Shown in pieces: positions 35,799 to 48,146 of a stretch of DNA of 64,000 bases. Source of the stretch: Octopus vulgaris (lineage: Eukaryota); NCBI GenBank assembly GCA_951406725.2, contig OX597819.1:124744001-124808000 (forward strand), written 5' to 3'. The notes under the pieces were generated by a model. That model saw nothing but the letters and a program-made list of their open reading frames with translations, had not been told where the DNA came from and did not search any database. A program made the position numbers and the translations under genes. Positions within the stretch are counted from its first letter, which is position 1. Each line of letters begins with the position of its first letter.

Positions 35799-37150
35799 AT
35801 ATATATATATATATATAAGTAGTTGAATGAATTACCTTAGTATGGATAATTCGGTTAACCGATACCTGGGTAGCAAATTCACGTCAGAAAAACACGGTTG
35901 AAGCTACATGCCAAGGGCAGAGATCACGTGCTTTCGTGTGGAAATTTGTGTGTTTTTTTAATACAAATAAATGAAAGAATGGAGTTGAACGACGATTTAA
36001 CAAAATTCTAGATAGCAATAATATTAACAGCAATCATAACAATAAAAACTCCGTCTTAGTCTCGCAGGTAAACCCTAACAGATTAAAGTTCTTGTCCAGC
36101 AATTCCAAAACTTACTACTTGAATATCGGGAAAGATAGATGATCGACCGTGAGACAGGTAGGTAGAATGAAAAAAATGGAGGAAAAAATAGACTATTCCC
36201 ATAATACATTTACTTCCGGTTCCCCTGACTGTATTATGGGTGGTTTTATTGCGTACCATTAATACACAGCAGGTATAAAAAGTAATGAATACGTTCTATG
36301 ACCCTTCTAATATAAATTAGATTCAACCCAAATAACATCAGAATTTTTAAGTATAGATCAGACGGTTTTGGCAAAATGGTGACATATTTTAGTTTTGATG
36401 GGAGGAAACTGAAAAACATAAATTAACACTCGATTTGTTCATAATTTTTACTTTTTACATTCTATTTTTATTTTTTTATAATTATTTTATTAATTTTTTT
36501 CGTATTTTTAGTCGTAATTTTTATCCGGATTTATTCACATTTTTTCATTCGTATTCTTTAGTCGTGTTTCATATCCGTTTTTACTCCTTAAATTTTTATG
36601 TCTTAAATTTATAAGGTTCATGAACTTATTTATTTACTTATTTATACTTCTAATAAACTTTGACAAACATAGTGATATATAAGGAGTAGTTATATTTATA
36701 AACGTGGGGAAAGTAGACCTGAGGATTGGGAGTGTGTAAACATAATGAGTTTTTGAATGAGACTTTGTGTCTTAACAATACCATACGTACCCTCATGAAA
36801 CAGGTGTAGTCCGTAATATGGAAAATTTGGGGATTATGAATATAAATTAGTAAGTATATTATTTGACATTTTATGACTTGGTTGAGTTAATACCGTTTGG
36901 AGTTGATGAAGTTGTGGGTGTTTCTATCTCTAACACTATTTTGATATATATATATATATGGGTGGGTGGATGTATATATATGTACACATATATACATTTA
37001 TACATATATATATACATACACACACACACACACATATATATATATACATACATACGTATGTAAACATTTATCTGTATGTATATACATCTTTACGGCTTCC
37101 AGACAATTAATATCCTGGGCAAAATGGATATCTTTTGCTGAAATTTTATA

Positions 37151-37523
37151 TGGCTGTGTGGTAAGTAGCTTGCTAACCAACCACATGGTTCCGGGTTCAG
37201 TCCCACTGCGTGGCATCTTGGGCAAGTGTCTTCTGCTATAGACCCGGGCCGACCAATGCCTTGTGAGTGGATTTGGTAGACGGAAACTGAAAGAAGCCTG
37301 TCGTATATATGTATATATATGTGTGTGTTTGTGTTTGTCCCCCTAGCATTGCTTGACAACCGATGCTGGTGTGTGTACGTCCCCGTCACTTAGCGGTTCG
37401 GCAAAAGAGACCGATAGAATAAGTACTGGGCTTACAAAGAATAAGTCTCGGGGTCGATTTGCTCGACTAAAGGCGGTGCTCCAGCATGGCCGCAGTCAAA
37501 TTACTGAAACAAGTAAAAGAGTA
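37151..37523 (+). mobile_element. SINE family B (5'-clipped)
   Basis: Matches the other family B copies. Confidence 0.88.
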
Positions 37524-38230
37524 AATATCTTTCTATTTACAATCAAAATACTGAGTATTTATGGGGAAGCCTGAAAAAGTGTATTGTTCGACCTGGAATG
37601 AGACCTAGCTATTTGAAACAATATGTTGCTCAGTTACGGGTCATCTCACTGTCAACCCAGCGACTTCATAAGTTTCTTTTGGAGGCTGCAAGACTATACC
37701 CATGTTCCTGATGAAACGGAAGAATGGGCGGAGGTAAAGAATTTTCCGAAGTCCTCTCCATACCCCCTTGGAAAAGATTTTCCCCACAAATTTCTTTATA
37801 GTCGTAATGTATGCCGTTTGAAAAGTATTTCTCTAAAATTTCATTGAAAAAACCACCCATTTTCCTAAAGGTTTTTAGGGAAAAGCTTGGATCTTGTGAA
37901 TTTTCCGAAGTCTTCTCCTCACCCAACCGTTGCCTTGCGCGCATTTTTTTTCTCATATTCGTTTCCTTCACATTGTTTTACACCCATTCCAGTATTTTTT
38001 TGTTTTTTGGATTTCCATTTCTGGGCCAAGATGCAAACATTAACCGTTTTCTCTACGAATGTTTCATGTGAAGCAACGTTTCTCTATTTTCTTAAAAATA
38101 AGAATTCTGCTCAGAGTCCTCTTTCAAACAAGACTATTTAGAAAAGATAACCAATATAGCCATCTTGGCATTATCATTTAGATTTACAAACTAATGTTTT
38201 ATAAAATTGTCATACTTTCATAAATATGTA

Positions 38231-38401
38231 GGCGCAGGAGTGAGTGTGTGGTAAGTAGCTTGCTAACCAACCACATGGTTCCGGGTTCAGTCCCACTGCG
38301 TGGCACCTTGAGCAAGTGTCTTCTGCTATAGCCCCGGGCCGACCAATGCCTTGTGAGTGGATTTGGTAGACGGAAACTGAAAGAAGCCTGTCGTATATAT
38401 G

Positions 38402-38432
<31 letters not shown>

Positions 38433-38649
38433 ATGTGTTTGTGTGTCTGTGTTTGTCCCCCTAGCATTGCTTGACAACCGATGCTGGTGTGTGTACGTCC
38501 CCGTCACTTAGCGGTTCGGCAAAAGAGACCGATAGAATAAGTACTGGGCTTACAAAGAATAAGTCCTGGGGTCGATTTGCTCGACTAAAGGCGGTGCTCC
38601 AGCATGGCCGCAGTCAAATGACTGAAACAAGTAAAAGAGTAAAAGAGTA
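38231..38649 (+). mobile_element. SINE family B
   Basis: Full head-to-tail match. Confidence 0.9.
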
Positions 38650-39125
38650 TATGTTTCATGGCATGTTGTGGTTGAGAGTCTTCTGGAATTAAGAAAGTTA
38701 TGAAAAAATTAGATTTTTTACATACACACACACAACAAAATGACATCAAAAAAAATTTTTTTTCTCCTTTGGTAATTCGTATTCAGAAAGTTGTTCCTCG
38801 GTTTGGCTGTTGTTTCTAGCTTGTCAGATTGGGGCATACTGAAAAATTGAAGATTTTGAAAACCCCCAAAACACGTTTTCATTCTTTGCCCATCTGGCAA
38901 AGAAAAAAAGGGTGTGGGGAAATTTCACTTTCTGTCATAGGGTGGAGGGCAGGGGTGTTTATTTTTCTTTTGAAAATTGATATTTTAGCAACAATTTTTT
39001 AGACTCATAATCTCCGTATTTTTCTATGTATTTCGTCAAAAAAGTATTTCTAAAATAAGTGAAGAAATTGGGGGAGGTATCTAAGTATTGAAATTTTTTC
39101 TTTGGTAATGCCTATTAAAATTTTT

Positions 39126-39563
39126 GGATCTTTTCGGTTTGAACGACAGTTTTTAAAAATAATTTCCACGTAACTAAACACTTTTAAACTTCGTATACTG
39201 GTAGAATGTGTTTATAATACATCTTTTTCTCTTGGCTTTATTGAGAAAATCCTATAGTTTGTAAGATATTTTTTGTTTTTCTTTTCTTCAATTTCTGCAA
39301 TTTCAACCAATCAATGACGTCTATTGAGGTGAAAACATTCTGTGCCGTATGAATATGTCCCTCGTTTAAGAAACAGATAGGGTTTATTTACATTTCTGAA
39401 GAAAGAAAAGATACCCTTCCCCCCACCCCTAAACCTAACCTTAACTCTAACCCTAACCCTAAAACAGATTGAAATGCAATAGATCGATACTAGGGTCATA
39501 ATTATGGGTGACAATTTCATATGACACCGCTAGAAAAAACTGCCGCTCAAACCGAAAAGATCC
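39126..39563. mobile_element. MITE family 1 (opposite orientation)
   Basis: Same TIRs; TSD AAATTTTT; internal (CCCTAA)-like array. Confidence 0.9.
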
Positions 39564-39980
39564 AAATTTTTAAAACGTGTTTCAGAATGTCAGGTTTTTC
39601 TGTTAAGATACTTTTTGCGTCTGCTATTTTATAATTCTATACATGCGTGAAATTTTGAAATGCAGATTTTTTTTTTTTTTGCAGAATCGAAATCTCCGCC
39701 CTCGATATAGTGTATCCCTGCAAAAAAAAAAAAAAAATCCCGAAGTGGGTGCGATCCATGATCTTTACCTCCGCCCATTCTTCCTGTGGTCCTCGAATTC
39801 GAGGAGAGACAAGATTGACTAAGATTCCTCGGTAATCTCCCTTTAAACGTTTGGCGGGAAGCGCGAGCAAATTTTCCTTCCGAAAATTCGGCCCCAGAGA
39901 AAAATAATTCGGGAACCACTGCTGTCAACAAACATGCAACTGTTGTATGATGTGATGGATTAGCAGCAGGTTGCCAGCTG

Positions 39981-40167
39981 GGTACTACTTGAGAACTGTG
40001 GTCCCGGTGCGCGCATCCGCGCTAGCTAGCCGATCCTAAAACGACTTCCTAGCAAAGTAAAAACACAAAATAAATAATTTTTTTATCCGAAGTAAATAAA
40101 CTAGTCATGACTAGCTGGCGCGGATGCGCGACTACGCGCACCGGGCCCACTGTTCACAAGTTGTACC
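39981..40167. mobile_element. MITE family 2 (GGTACTACTTG TIR, 8-bp TSD; Merlin-like)
   Basis: TIRs GGTACTACTTGAGAAC / GTTCACAAGTTGTACC; perfect TSD GCCAGCTG. Confidence 0.85.
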
Positions 40168-41009
40168 GCCAGCTGTTGGTGTAGGCAACTCTCGAACTGT
40201 TGAATGTTTCGACGTATAGTTATGTGGTGGTGGTATCGGTGTATACTATAGTGTAGGTTGCAGTTGCTGTGATTCTTCATATTAGATAAGCAGGAAGAAA
40301 AACACAGTATTAAGGATAATGAATATGTAAGATAAAGGCAATGAAAAATTTGGGGATCTTTTCCTTTTGAACGGCAGACAATTTCTAGTTAACTAAACAC
40401 TTTTAAACTTCGTATACTGGTAGAATGTGTAAAATAAAACATTTTTTTGGATCTTTTCCTTTTGGGAAACGATCCAAATTTTGAATGACTTATATCACAC
40501 ATGTTCGAATAAAACCCACGTTGCATTCATGCATGCGTACAAATTGTACTCCGGTTATGGAGACTTTTTGCTAGGCAGGAGTCGGGGCGGAGGAGGTGGG
40601 TTATTGCGCATCAGTTACCGTAAGACCATAATATACTTCTTTTTTTTATTTTTTTAAATATATACGTAGATCTTTCTCTTTATCTGTCGGTCTAACTATC
40701 TATCTCTATCTATCTGTCGGTCTATCTACCTACCCATCTGTCTATCTACACACGAACACATTTATTTATGTACAGTATGTATACTTGATCAAATGGACTG
40801 CAAAGAAGCCAGTGTTGGTAAGAAATATATGGAGTAAATCAATAAAAAGAGTCCAGAGAATATGATGTGAAGAGTGGAAAATCAAACTTTTCAGGAAGAA
40901 TTTGAATGTCGAAAAAGAAATGAGAGATTGGATTGATAGATAGATAGGTAAATAGGTGGTCTGGGTGAGTAAATTTAAATATATATATATATATGTGTTA
41001 TATATATAA

Positions 41010-41440
41010 AGTTAGATGAAGCCGGTTTATGGGGAGACCCTGGGTTTCACGTCCATAAAACGTTTAGCTTTACAGAGTATCATCACCAGATCCCAAAACT
41101 GTTGGCTTCTGGCCTCTCTAGAAAATGGGAGGGGAAAGAACCTCGCTACTCAATATTATCACCAGGGGATTGTCTCCCTTTGGCTATTGATCGTGAGTGA
41201 CTGTTATCTTGTGGGGTTCCAATAGGCCAGCAGGAATTTCCTGAGATGCAAGCACGGTCCAAAGACCTTCGTTCTGGAGCTAAGGATGTTCCCTGTGTCA
41301 AGGGAGTCCTTTAGTATCCTTGCTTGTTCCACTATACACAGTTTACAATGTCTGATCCGTTTATGTAGGGTGTGTCTGGATTTTCTAAGACCCTTCATGA
41401 TATTAAGTGTGGAATCCCCTTCCGCTGCCATATATGGCTG
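41010..41440 (-). mobile_element. Penelope-like 3' fragment with decayed hammerhead
   Basis: HCKLCIVEQARIL...SRTKVFGPCLHLRKFLL C-terminus; downstream ggga-t-CTGGTGA...GAAA-cccaggg-TC-tccc at 41032-41094. Confidence 0.65.
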
Positions 41441-41566
41441 GTTAACGATGCAATGAATTATTAAAAAATATATGTATGTATCGCTCGTATTAAATATATA
41501 AATACTTTAATAGTATTAATATTTTTATACAATGGAGCACTCAATATAAATTCAGTATATAATATT

Positions 41567-41727
41567 GCGCAGGAGTGGCTGTGTGGTAAGTAGCTTGCTT
41601 ACCAACCACATGGTTCCGGGTTCAGTCCCACTGCGTGGCACCTTGGGCAAGTGTCTTCTACTATAGCCTCGGGCCGACCAAAGCCTTGTGAGTGGATTTG
41701 GTAGCCAGAAACTGAAAGAAGCCTGTC

Positions 41728-41785
<58 letters not shown>

Positions 41786-41998
41786 TTGTGTGTGTGTCTG
41801 TTTGTCCCCCTAGCATTGCTTGACAACTGATGCTGGTGTGTTTATGTCCCCGTCACTTAGCGGTTCGGCAAAAGAGACCGATAGAACAAGTACTGGGCTT
41901 ACAAAGAACAAGTCCCAGGGTCGAGTTGCTTGATTAAAGGCAGTGCTCCAGCATGGCCGCAGTCAAATGACTGAAACAAGTAAAAGAGTAAACAGAAT
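41567..41998 (+). mobile_element. SINE family B
   Basis: Full match. Confidence 0.9.
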
Positions 41999-42242
41999 AT
42001 TCTTATTGAATATATTTACCCAAAGATTTCTGTACTTTGCTCTCTCTATATAAAGAGCACTCAATACTGAATTTGTGAAGCATGGAAAAACAATATCTAG
42101 GAATTTCACTTAAAGATATACCAATTCCTTCCAAGGACACATATCTATTAACATTACTCCAGAAAACAAATGACTTAAACTTTTGAATTTATTTTATACA
42201 TTATATTTATATATATATTTTGAATACATAAGGTCTTTCATA

Positions 42243-42624
42243 TACTCTTTACTCTTTTACTTGTTTCAGTCATTTGACTGCGGCCATGCTGGAGCACCGC
42301 CTTTAGTCGATCAAATCAACCCTGGGACTTATTCTTTGTAAGCCCAGTACTTATTCTATCGGTCTCTTTTGCCGAACCGCTAGGTGACGAGGACATAAAC
42401 ACACCAGCATTGGTTGTCAAGCAATGCTAGGAGGACAAACACACACATACATATATATATACGAGAGGCTTCTTTCAGTTTCCGTCTACCAAATCCACTC
42501 ACAAGGCATTGGTCGGCCTGGGGCTATAGCAGAAGACACTTGCCGAAGATGCTACGCAGTGGGACTGAATCCGGAACCATGTGGTCGGTTAGCAAGCTAC
42601 TTACCACACAGCCACTCCTGCGCC
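42243..42624 (-). mobile_element. SINE family B
   Basis: Full match, inverted relative to 41567-41998. Confidence 0.9.
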
Positions 42625-43127
42625 TATATATGGGTATATCTTTATGAAGAATTTGATATTGATTTCTTTATATCAATAATAATAATATATTATTAAAAAA
42701 AAATATATGTATATTATGTGTATGTAGGTGCTTTTATGTGTCTCTGAATATGTATGAATATATGCATGTACATTTTATTTTTTAATCCTTATTCTTATTA
42801 CTATTATTCTTTTTACCATTAATTTTTATCATTGTTCTTTAATCAGAAAATCATCATTTAGGGTCCATTTTCGACTGGAGCTGGTAAGCCAGAAAGCTGC
42901 AACAGGCTTCAGTCTGTTTTGGTTTGGTTCCTATGTTTGGATACCAACCACTTCACAGTGTATTGGGTCTCTTTTACATGTCACCATCATGGGTGCCTTT
43001 TATGTATCACCACACTGGCTACAACAATGGTTTCACTTAGCTTGATGTGTCTTCTCAAGCACAGCAAATCGCCAAAAGTCTCAGTCACTTGTCATCAACT
43101 CCATACGACTCAACATCTGAAGACCAT

Positions 43128-43490
43128 ATTCAATTCAATTCAATTTTTATTGGCTCAAAAAGCAAAAGCAAGGCCATGTAGGAGGACAGGGAGGGTGGTC
43201 ATACAAAGATTTCAGGCCATTTCTGGTCAAGAGAGACTTTGAACCGAGCGGTCGTCGGCATCTTCACTATCTCGTCCGGCAGCTTATTCCACGGATCCAC
43301 AACCCAGACGGAGAAAGCCCCCCCTCCTTCAATTGAGATTGAGATGAAATCGTTGTAGATAGAGCTTTTCGGAGTGACCTTGCAGCCCACGCTCTAGAGC
43401 AGGAGTGAAGAACAGCTCTTTCGAGAGGTTACACTTTCCGCTTATGATGTTGTGAGCAAGAATGAGATCACCATGGCGTCGTCGTTTTTT
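43128..43490 (-). mobile_element. CR1-like LINE 3' end
   Basis: RRRHGDLILAHNII...AFSVWVVDPWNKLPDEIV...FKVSLD, with (ATTGA)n tail. Confidence 0.8.
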
Positions 43491-44139
43491 TTTCTTGTTC
43501 CATGTCTTCCTGGGTCTACCTCTTCCATAGGTTCCCTCTACAGTTAGAGATCAGCACTCCTTTACAAAGCTGTCCTTGTCCATATGCATCACATTACCAC
43601 ATCAGTACAGTCCTCTCTCTTTCACACCACATCTAATGCCTCTTATACCCAATCTTTCTCTCAAGACATTTACACTCTGTCGTACATGCACTTTGACATT
43701 GCACATCCAGTGCAGCATACTAGCTTCATTTTTTTCAAACCATCGCATGTCCTCTGCAGTTACAACCATGTTTTACTGTCATGTAGCATGGCTGTTCACA
43801 CACAGGCATCATTCAATCTGCCTTTCACTCTGAGGGAGAGGCCTTTGTAAAAATAAAAGTAGAAGTTCTCTGAACTTTGCCCAACCCATTCCTATTCTAG
43901 TAGCAGTGCTCTCAGAGCATCCACTTTCACTGCTGGAGCTTTCTGTCGTCATATCTTTCATAGCTTTATCTACCAAGCTACTGTCTGTCTGGATAGCTGG
44001 TCCCTCTGTAGGGTTCACATTAGGCAAACTCTCCTTCTTTCATGTATTCTCTATATTTAGCAGCTTTTCATAGTTGCACTTCTTTCTTAGAGTCACTAAC
44101 TGCAAATGCAAATTCTTCTACAACATCATGATTTTCCTC

Positions 44140-44953
44140 CAGGAAGACCAGACCCAGGATGACCTGGGATGAAGTGGTGAAGCACGACCTCCAAATGTTA
44201 GGCCTCACCAAGGAAATGACTAGCAACTGAGACTTTTGGAAATATGCTGTGCTTGAGAAGACCCGGCAAGCCAAATGAGACCATAACCTGTGGTCTATGC
44301 CAGGAGCGTAACCAGCCCGCTTATGCGTACCTTTTCCTTCATTAGTCACTAAACTCTGCTTGCGAAGACCTGTTGAGGCAAGTGAAATCAAAATCAAATT
44401 TGACAACTGACATCCGTGCTAGTGGGGTGCAAAGAGCACCAAAAGAGTACCATACGAGCGTAATCGTTAACAGAGTAGCTAACCGGCTTCCGTGCCAGTG
44501 ACACATAAAAGGGCATCATTCGAGTGTGATCGTTACCAGCGTCGCCTTACTGGCACTTGTGCCATGTTAGTAGGGTGCCAAGAGTACCATCTGAGCATGA
44601 CCGTTGCCAGAGCAGCCAACTGGCTCCATGCCGGTGGCATGTAAAAGGGCACCATTTGAGTGTGATCGTTACCAATGTTGCCTTACTGGCACCTGTGCCG
44701 GTGGCATGTGTAAAAAGATTCGAGTGAGGTCATTGCCAGTGCCGCCTGACTGGCCCCCGTGCTGGTGGCATGTAAAAAGCACCCACTACACTCACAGAGT
44801 GGTTGGCGTTAGGAAGGGCATCCAGCTGTAGAAACTCTGCCAGATCAAGATTGGAGCCTGGTGCAGCCATCTGGTTCGCCAGACCTCAGTCAAAATCGTC
44901 CAACCCATGCTAGCATGGAAAGCGGACGTTAAACGATGATGATGATGATGATG
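44140..44953 (+). mobile_element. RTE-clade LINE 3' end with repeat-rich 3' UTR and (GAT)n tail
   Basis: GRPRMTWDEVVKHDL..LGLTKEM ORF end, GGTTGGCGTTAGGAAGGGCATCCAG motif, (GAT)n tail. Confidence 0.85.
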
Positions 44954-45556
44954 TCTTGTGAACTGAAACACCTCAAGCTGCTGGTCATACTGTAGAACAT
45001 TGGCAAACTTTTTTCCTTTCTGCTTTTCCCCTGGCTTCCCTTCTAGCTACCCGATATAGTTCTTTGCTACTGCCACCATTCTAGTCCTGTTTCTTTGCTC
45101 TAATGACCCTGTCAACAATACTGTTCCACCACCATGTCTGCTTGGGACTTGGCACCAGCCACAAATTTGGTCTATGGCTTTCAGTAAGTTGTCTTGTAGA
45201 AACTTCAAGTTGTCCTCCATGCTACATGTCGGTAATTGCTCCTCTTTCTCATTAAATGCTTCAGTTAAGATGTCTCTAAATCTCTGACTATTCAAAGGAC
45301 CCCTAAGTTTTCAGGTACTTCTTTTCCAGACTAGCCTCTTCTTGGAATCCTAACCTGTAGTCTTAAGTCGCTAATGACTAACCTATGCTGATGGGTACAT
45401 TCTTCACCAGGAAAAATGTAGCTTTGTACACTGATAACAAAAACTGCATTCATTTTGTTTTTCTAGAAATTAATAAGAAGTCACGTTTATATATTTGTTT
45501 TGCAAGATTCTTGATGTAAGGAAAGACACACAAATAAGAAAGAAGAAAGCAAAGGA

Positions 45557-45596
45557 CCACTGATGAGGTCACAGAAGTGTGACGAAAGAACTCTGG
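45557..45596 (+). ncRNA. Minimal type I hammerhead ribozyme (near-canonical)
   Basis: cca-CTGATGA-g-gtcaca(gaag)tgtgac-GAAA-gaac-TC-tgg. Confidence 0.6.
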
Positions 45597-45873
45597 CTGA
45601 AATAAGATTAAGATTAATGTAAAAAATAAATAACGCTGAAGCAAATTAACACCAAATATATAGTGCGTGTGTTTTTATTGGCTAAACTGGCAAAAATGAC
45701 CATTCCTAAATACAACAACAATAATAAGAAGCTTCTATTGCCGACATGCTGGAAGATGCAATTGTTACAGCAACATATATTGTTGTAGAAAAATGAAAGA
45801 AAAAGCCAAGAATCTGTGTCAGTGAGAAAAGGCACAAGGTTAGAAGGGAGCACCCTTCCTCTGAAGAATTTAA

Positions 45874-46290
45874 GGATCTTTTCGCTTTGACTGGCAAATT
45901 TTAAAAATAAATTCTTTGTAACTAAAAGATTTTAAACTTCGTATTCTGGTACGAAGTGTTACATAAAACATCTTTTTCTCTTGGCTTTCTTGAGAAAATT
46001 CTGTAGTTTGTAAGATATTTGTTGTCTATTTTCTTGCATTTCGGCAATTTCAACCAATCAATGACGTCTATTGAGGTGAAAACGATTTCTGCCTTAACAT
46101 TTTGTGGCGGCGTCATATGAAAATGTCCCTGTTTTTTTATGAGAAAAAAGATACCCTGTGGCCATAAAATGAGGGGTCACTCGTAAACAGAGCTGGATAA
46201 CAAAACTGTTCCCTCTGTAGTGTCCACCCATAATTATGACCCTAGTATCGATCTATTGCATTTCAATCTGTTTTACGGTTAGGGTTAGAG
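45874..46290. mobile_element. MITE family 1-related partial copy
   Basis: One TIR GGATCTTTTCGCTTTGAC plus internal homology. The adjoining ~80-bp segment (45790-45870) recurs at 46345-46422. Confidence 0.65.
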
Positions 46291-46687
46291 TTGAGAGGAA
46301 AATTAAAACTGCATGTTACAGTTACATATATTGTTTTAGAAAAATAAAAGAAAAAGCCAAGAATCTGTGTCAGTGGGAAAAGGCACAAGGTTAGCAGGGA
46401 GCACCCTTCCTCTGAAGAATTTAATTTTGTTTTCGTATTGGTGAGTGCAACAATCGATTCTGTGACCTGTAGCAAGCATACTCACACATTCCAGAGATAC
46501 CAGGCTACCGATTTCAGCATAGAATGGTAAACCACAGTATTGAGTTTGTCAACTTGCAAGACGGGACCCACACTCAACAAGCAGAAAATACTTGGTCTTT
46601 CCTTGCGAAAGGGGAATAAACTTTGCTGTGGTACTCATCGTTCTACAGCAGACTCGTTTATATAGCACTGTAGGTACGAAAAATACG

Positions 46688-47093
46688 GGATCTTTTCGGT
46701 TTGACCGGCAGTTTTTTTAAATAATTTCCACGTAACCAAACACTTTTAAACTTCGTATACTGGTAGAATGTGTTTATAAAACATCTTTTTCTCTTGGCTT
46801 TATTGAGAAAATTCTGTAGTTTGTAAGATATTTTCTTCAATTTCTGCAATGTCAACCAATCAATGACGTCTATTGAGGTGAAAACATTCTGTGCCGTATG
46901 ATAATGTCCCTCGTTTAAGAAACAGCTTGGGTTTATTTACATTTCTGAAGAAAAAAAAAGATACCCTTCCCCCTAACCCTAAAACAGATTGAAATGCAAT
47001 AGATCGATACTAGGGTCATAATTATGGGTGACAATTTCATATAACACCGCCAGAAATTATTAAAAACAATTGCCGGTCAAAGCGAAAAGGTCC
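46688..47093. mobile_element. MITE family 1
   Basis: Both TIRs present; TSD not clean. Confidence 0.82.
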
Positions 47094-47853
47094 AAAAGCA
47101 GGTATAGCGTAATTTGAGAAAAAAAATTTTTTTTTTCATTAAATTCTTTAAAAAACAAAAGGTTCTGTAATGTTTTCGTTCTCATGTCATCGGCATGTGG
47201 GTAAACATTGGAAAAAAAAACGCGATTGCCATAACGACAGTTGCGACTTCTGATATGACGGCAATGACGGTTTTTGATTGGCTGAAATTACATAACTTTA
47301 AATAGTTGTAATTTATTAATTTCTAAAAAAAAAAAAACAACCAAAAAAAAGCCAATTTTGTCTCATCAGCATACAACAACAGTATAGAAAATTTGAAAAA
47401 AATAAAAATAGATAAAAGGTGAAAACCTAAAATACTTCAAGTGGTTAGAAGAAATTTAATCAGATCCAGTTTTTCTAACTAAATCTTTTAACCTGAATAC
47501 TTGATTCCCTAGCATTGACTTTTTCTCGGTTAAATTGCAATGGGTTGCTAAATGGTGTTTATACTAAAGATGTTTGTTCAATAGTTTATTTGTGGTTATG
47601 GCTCGATTTATGACGAGCAATAATATTTTGCCATCAGCAATACAGCTGCTAAGGAAAGTAAAACACTATATATGATGGATACATTAATTAAAAGGAAATA
47701 CTTTCTCACATTTGTATATTCAATGCCATATCTTGTCTAACCACAGCAGACTTCTCTGTCAACAGAATGACGAGATGCGATCCATAAGTGAGAAGAATTT
47801 AAATGTATTCCGTACTACAAACTTCATAGCAAGAAGTATAAAATACGTTCAAA

Positions 47854-48146
47854 GGCACTACTTGAGAACAGCGGTCCCGGTGCGCGCCCTCGCGTACTCG
47901 CGCATCCGCGCCAGCTAGTCATGACTAGTCGATCCTTACTTTGTGTTTTGGTGTTATTTACTTTGTTTAAAAAATTATTTACTTTGTGTTTTATTTACTT
48001 TGTTTAGCAAAAATTATTTACTTTGTGTAAAAAAAATTATTTATTTTGTGTTTTATTTACTTTCCTAGGTCGTCGTCGTAGGATCGACTACTTACGACTA
48101 GCTAGCACGGATGCGCGCACCGGGACCACTGTTCGCTAGTAGTACC
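47854..48146. mobile_element. MITE family 2
   Basis: TIRs as at 39981-40167; perfect TSD CGTTCAAA. Confidence 0.87.

Larger units (their letters stand above)
42853..45420 (-). mobile_element. Old, internally deleted RTE-clade LINE remnants hosting nested insertions
   Basis: Pieces homologous to 59700-62290 (RIGMGWAKFRELL, QICGWCQVPSR) on the minus strand, interrupted at ~43128-43490 and ~44140-44953. Confidence 0.7.

Noticed and set aside
37719-39784. 23-bp inverted match GGAAGAATGGGCGGAGGTAAAGA suggesting a 2-kb DNA element
   Set aside because: Termini and TSD could not be defined.
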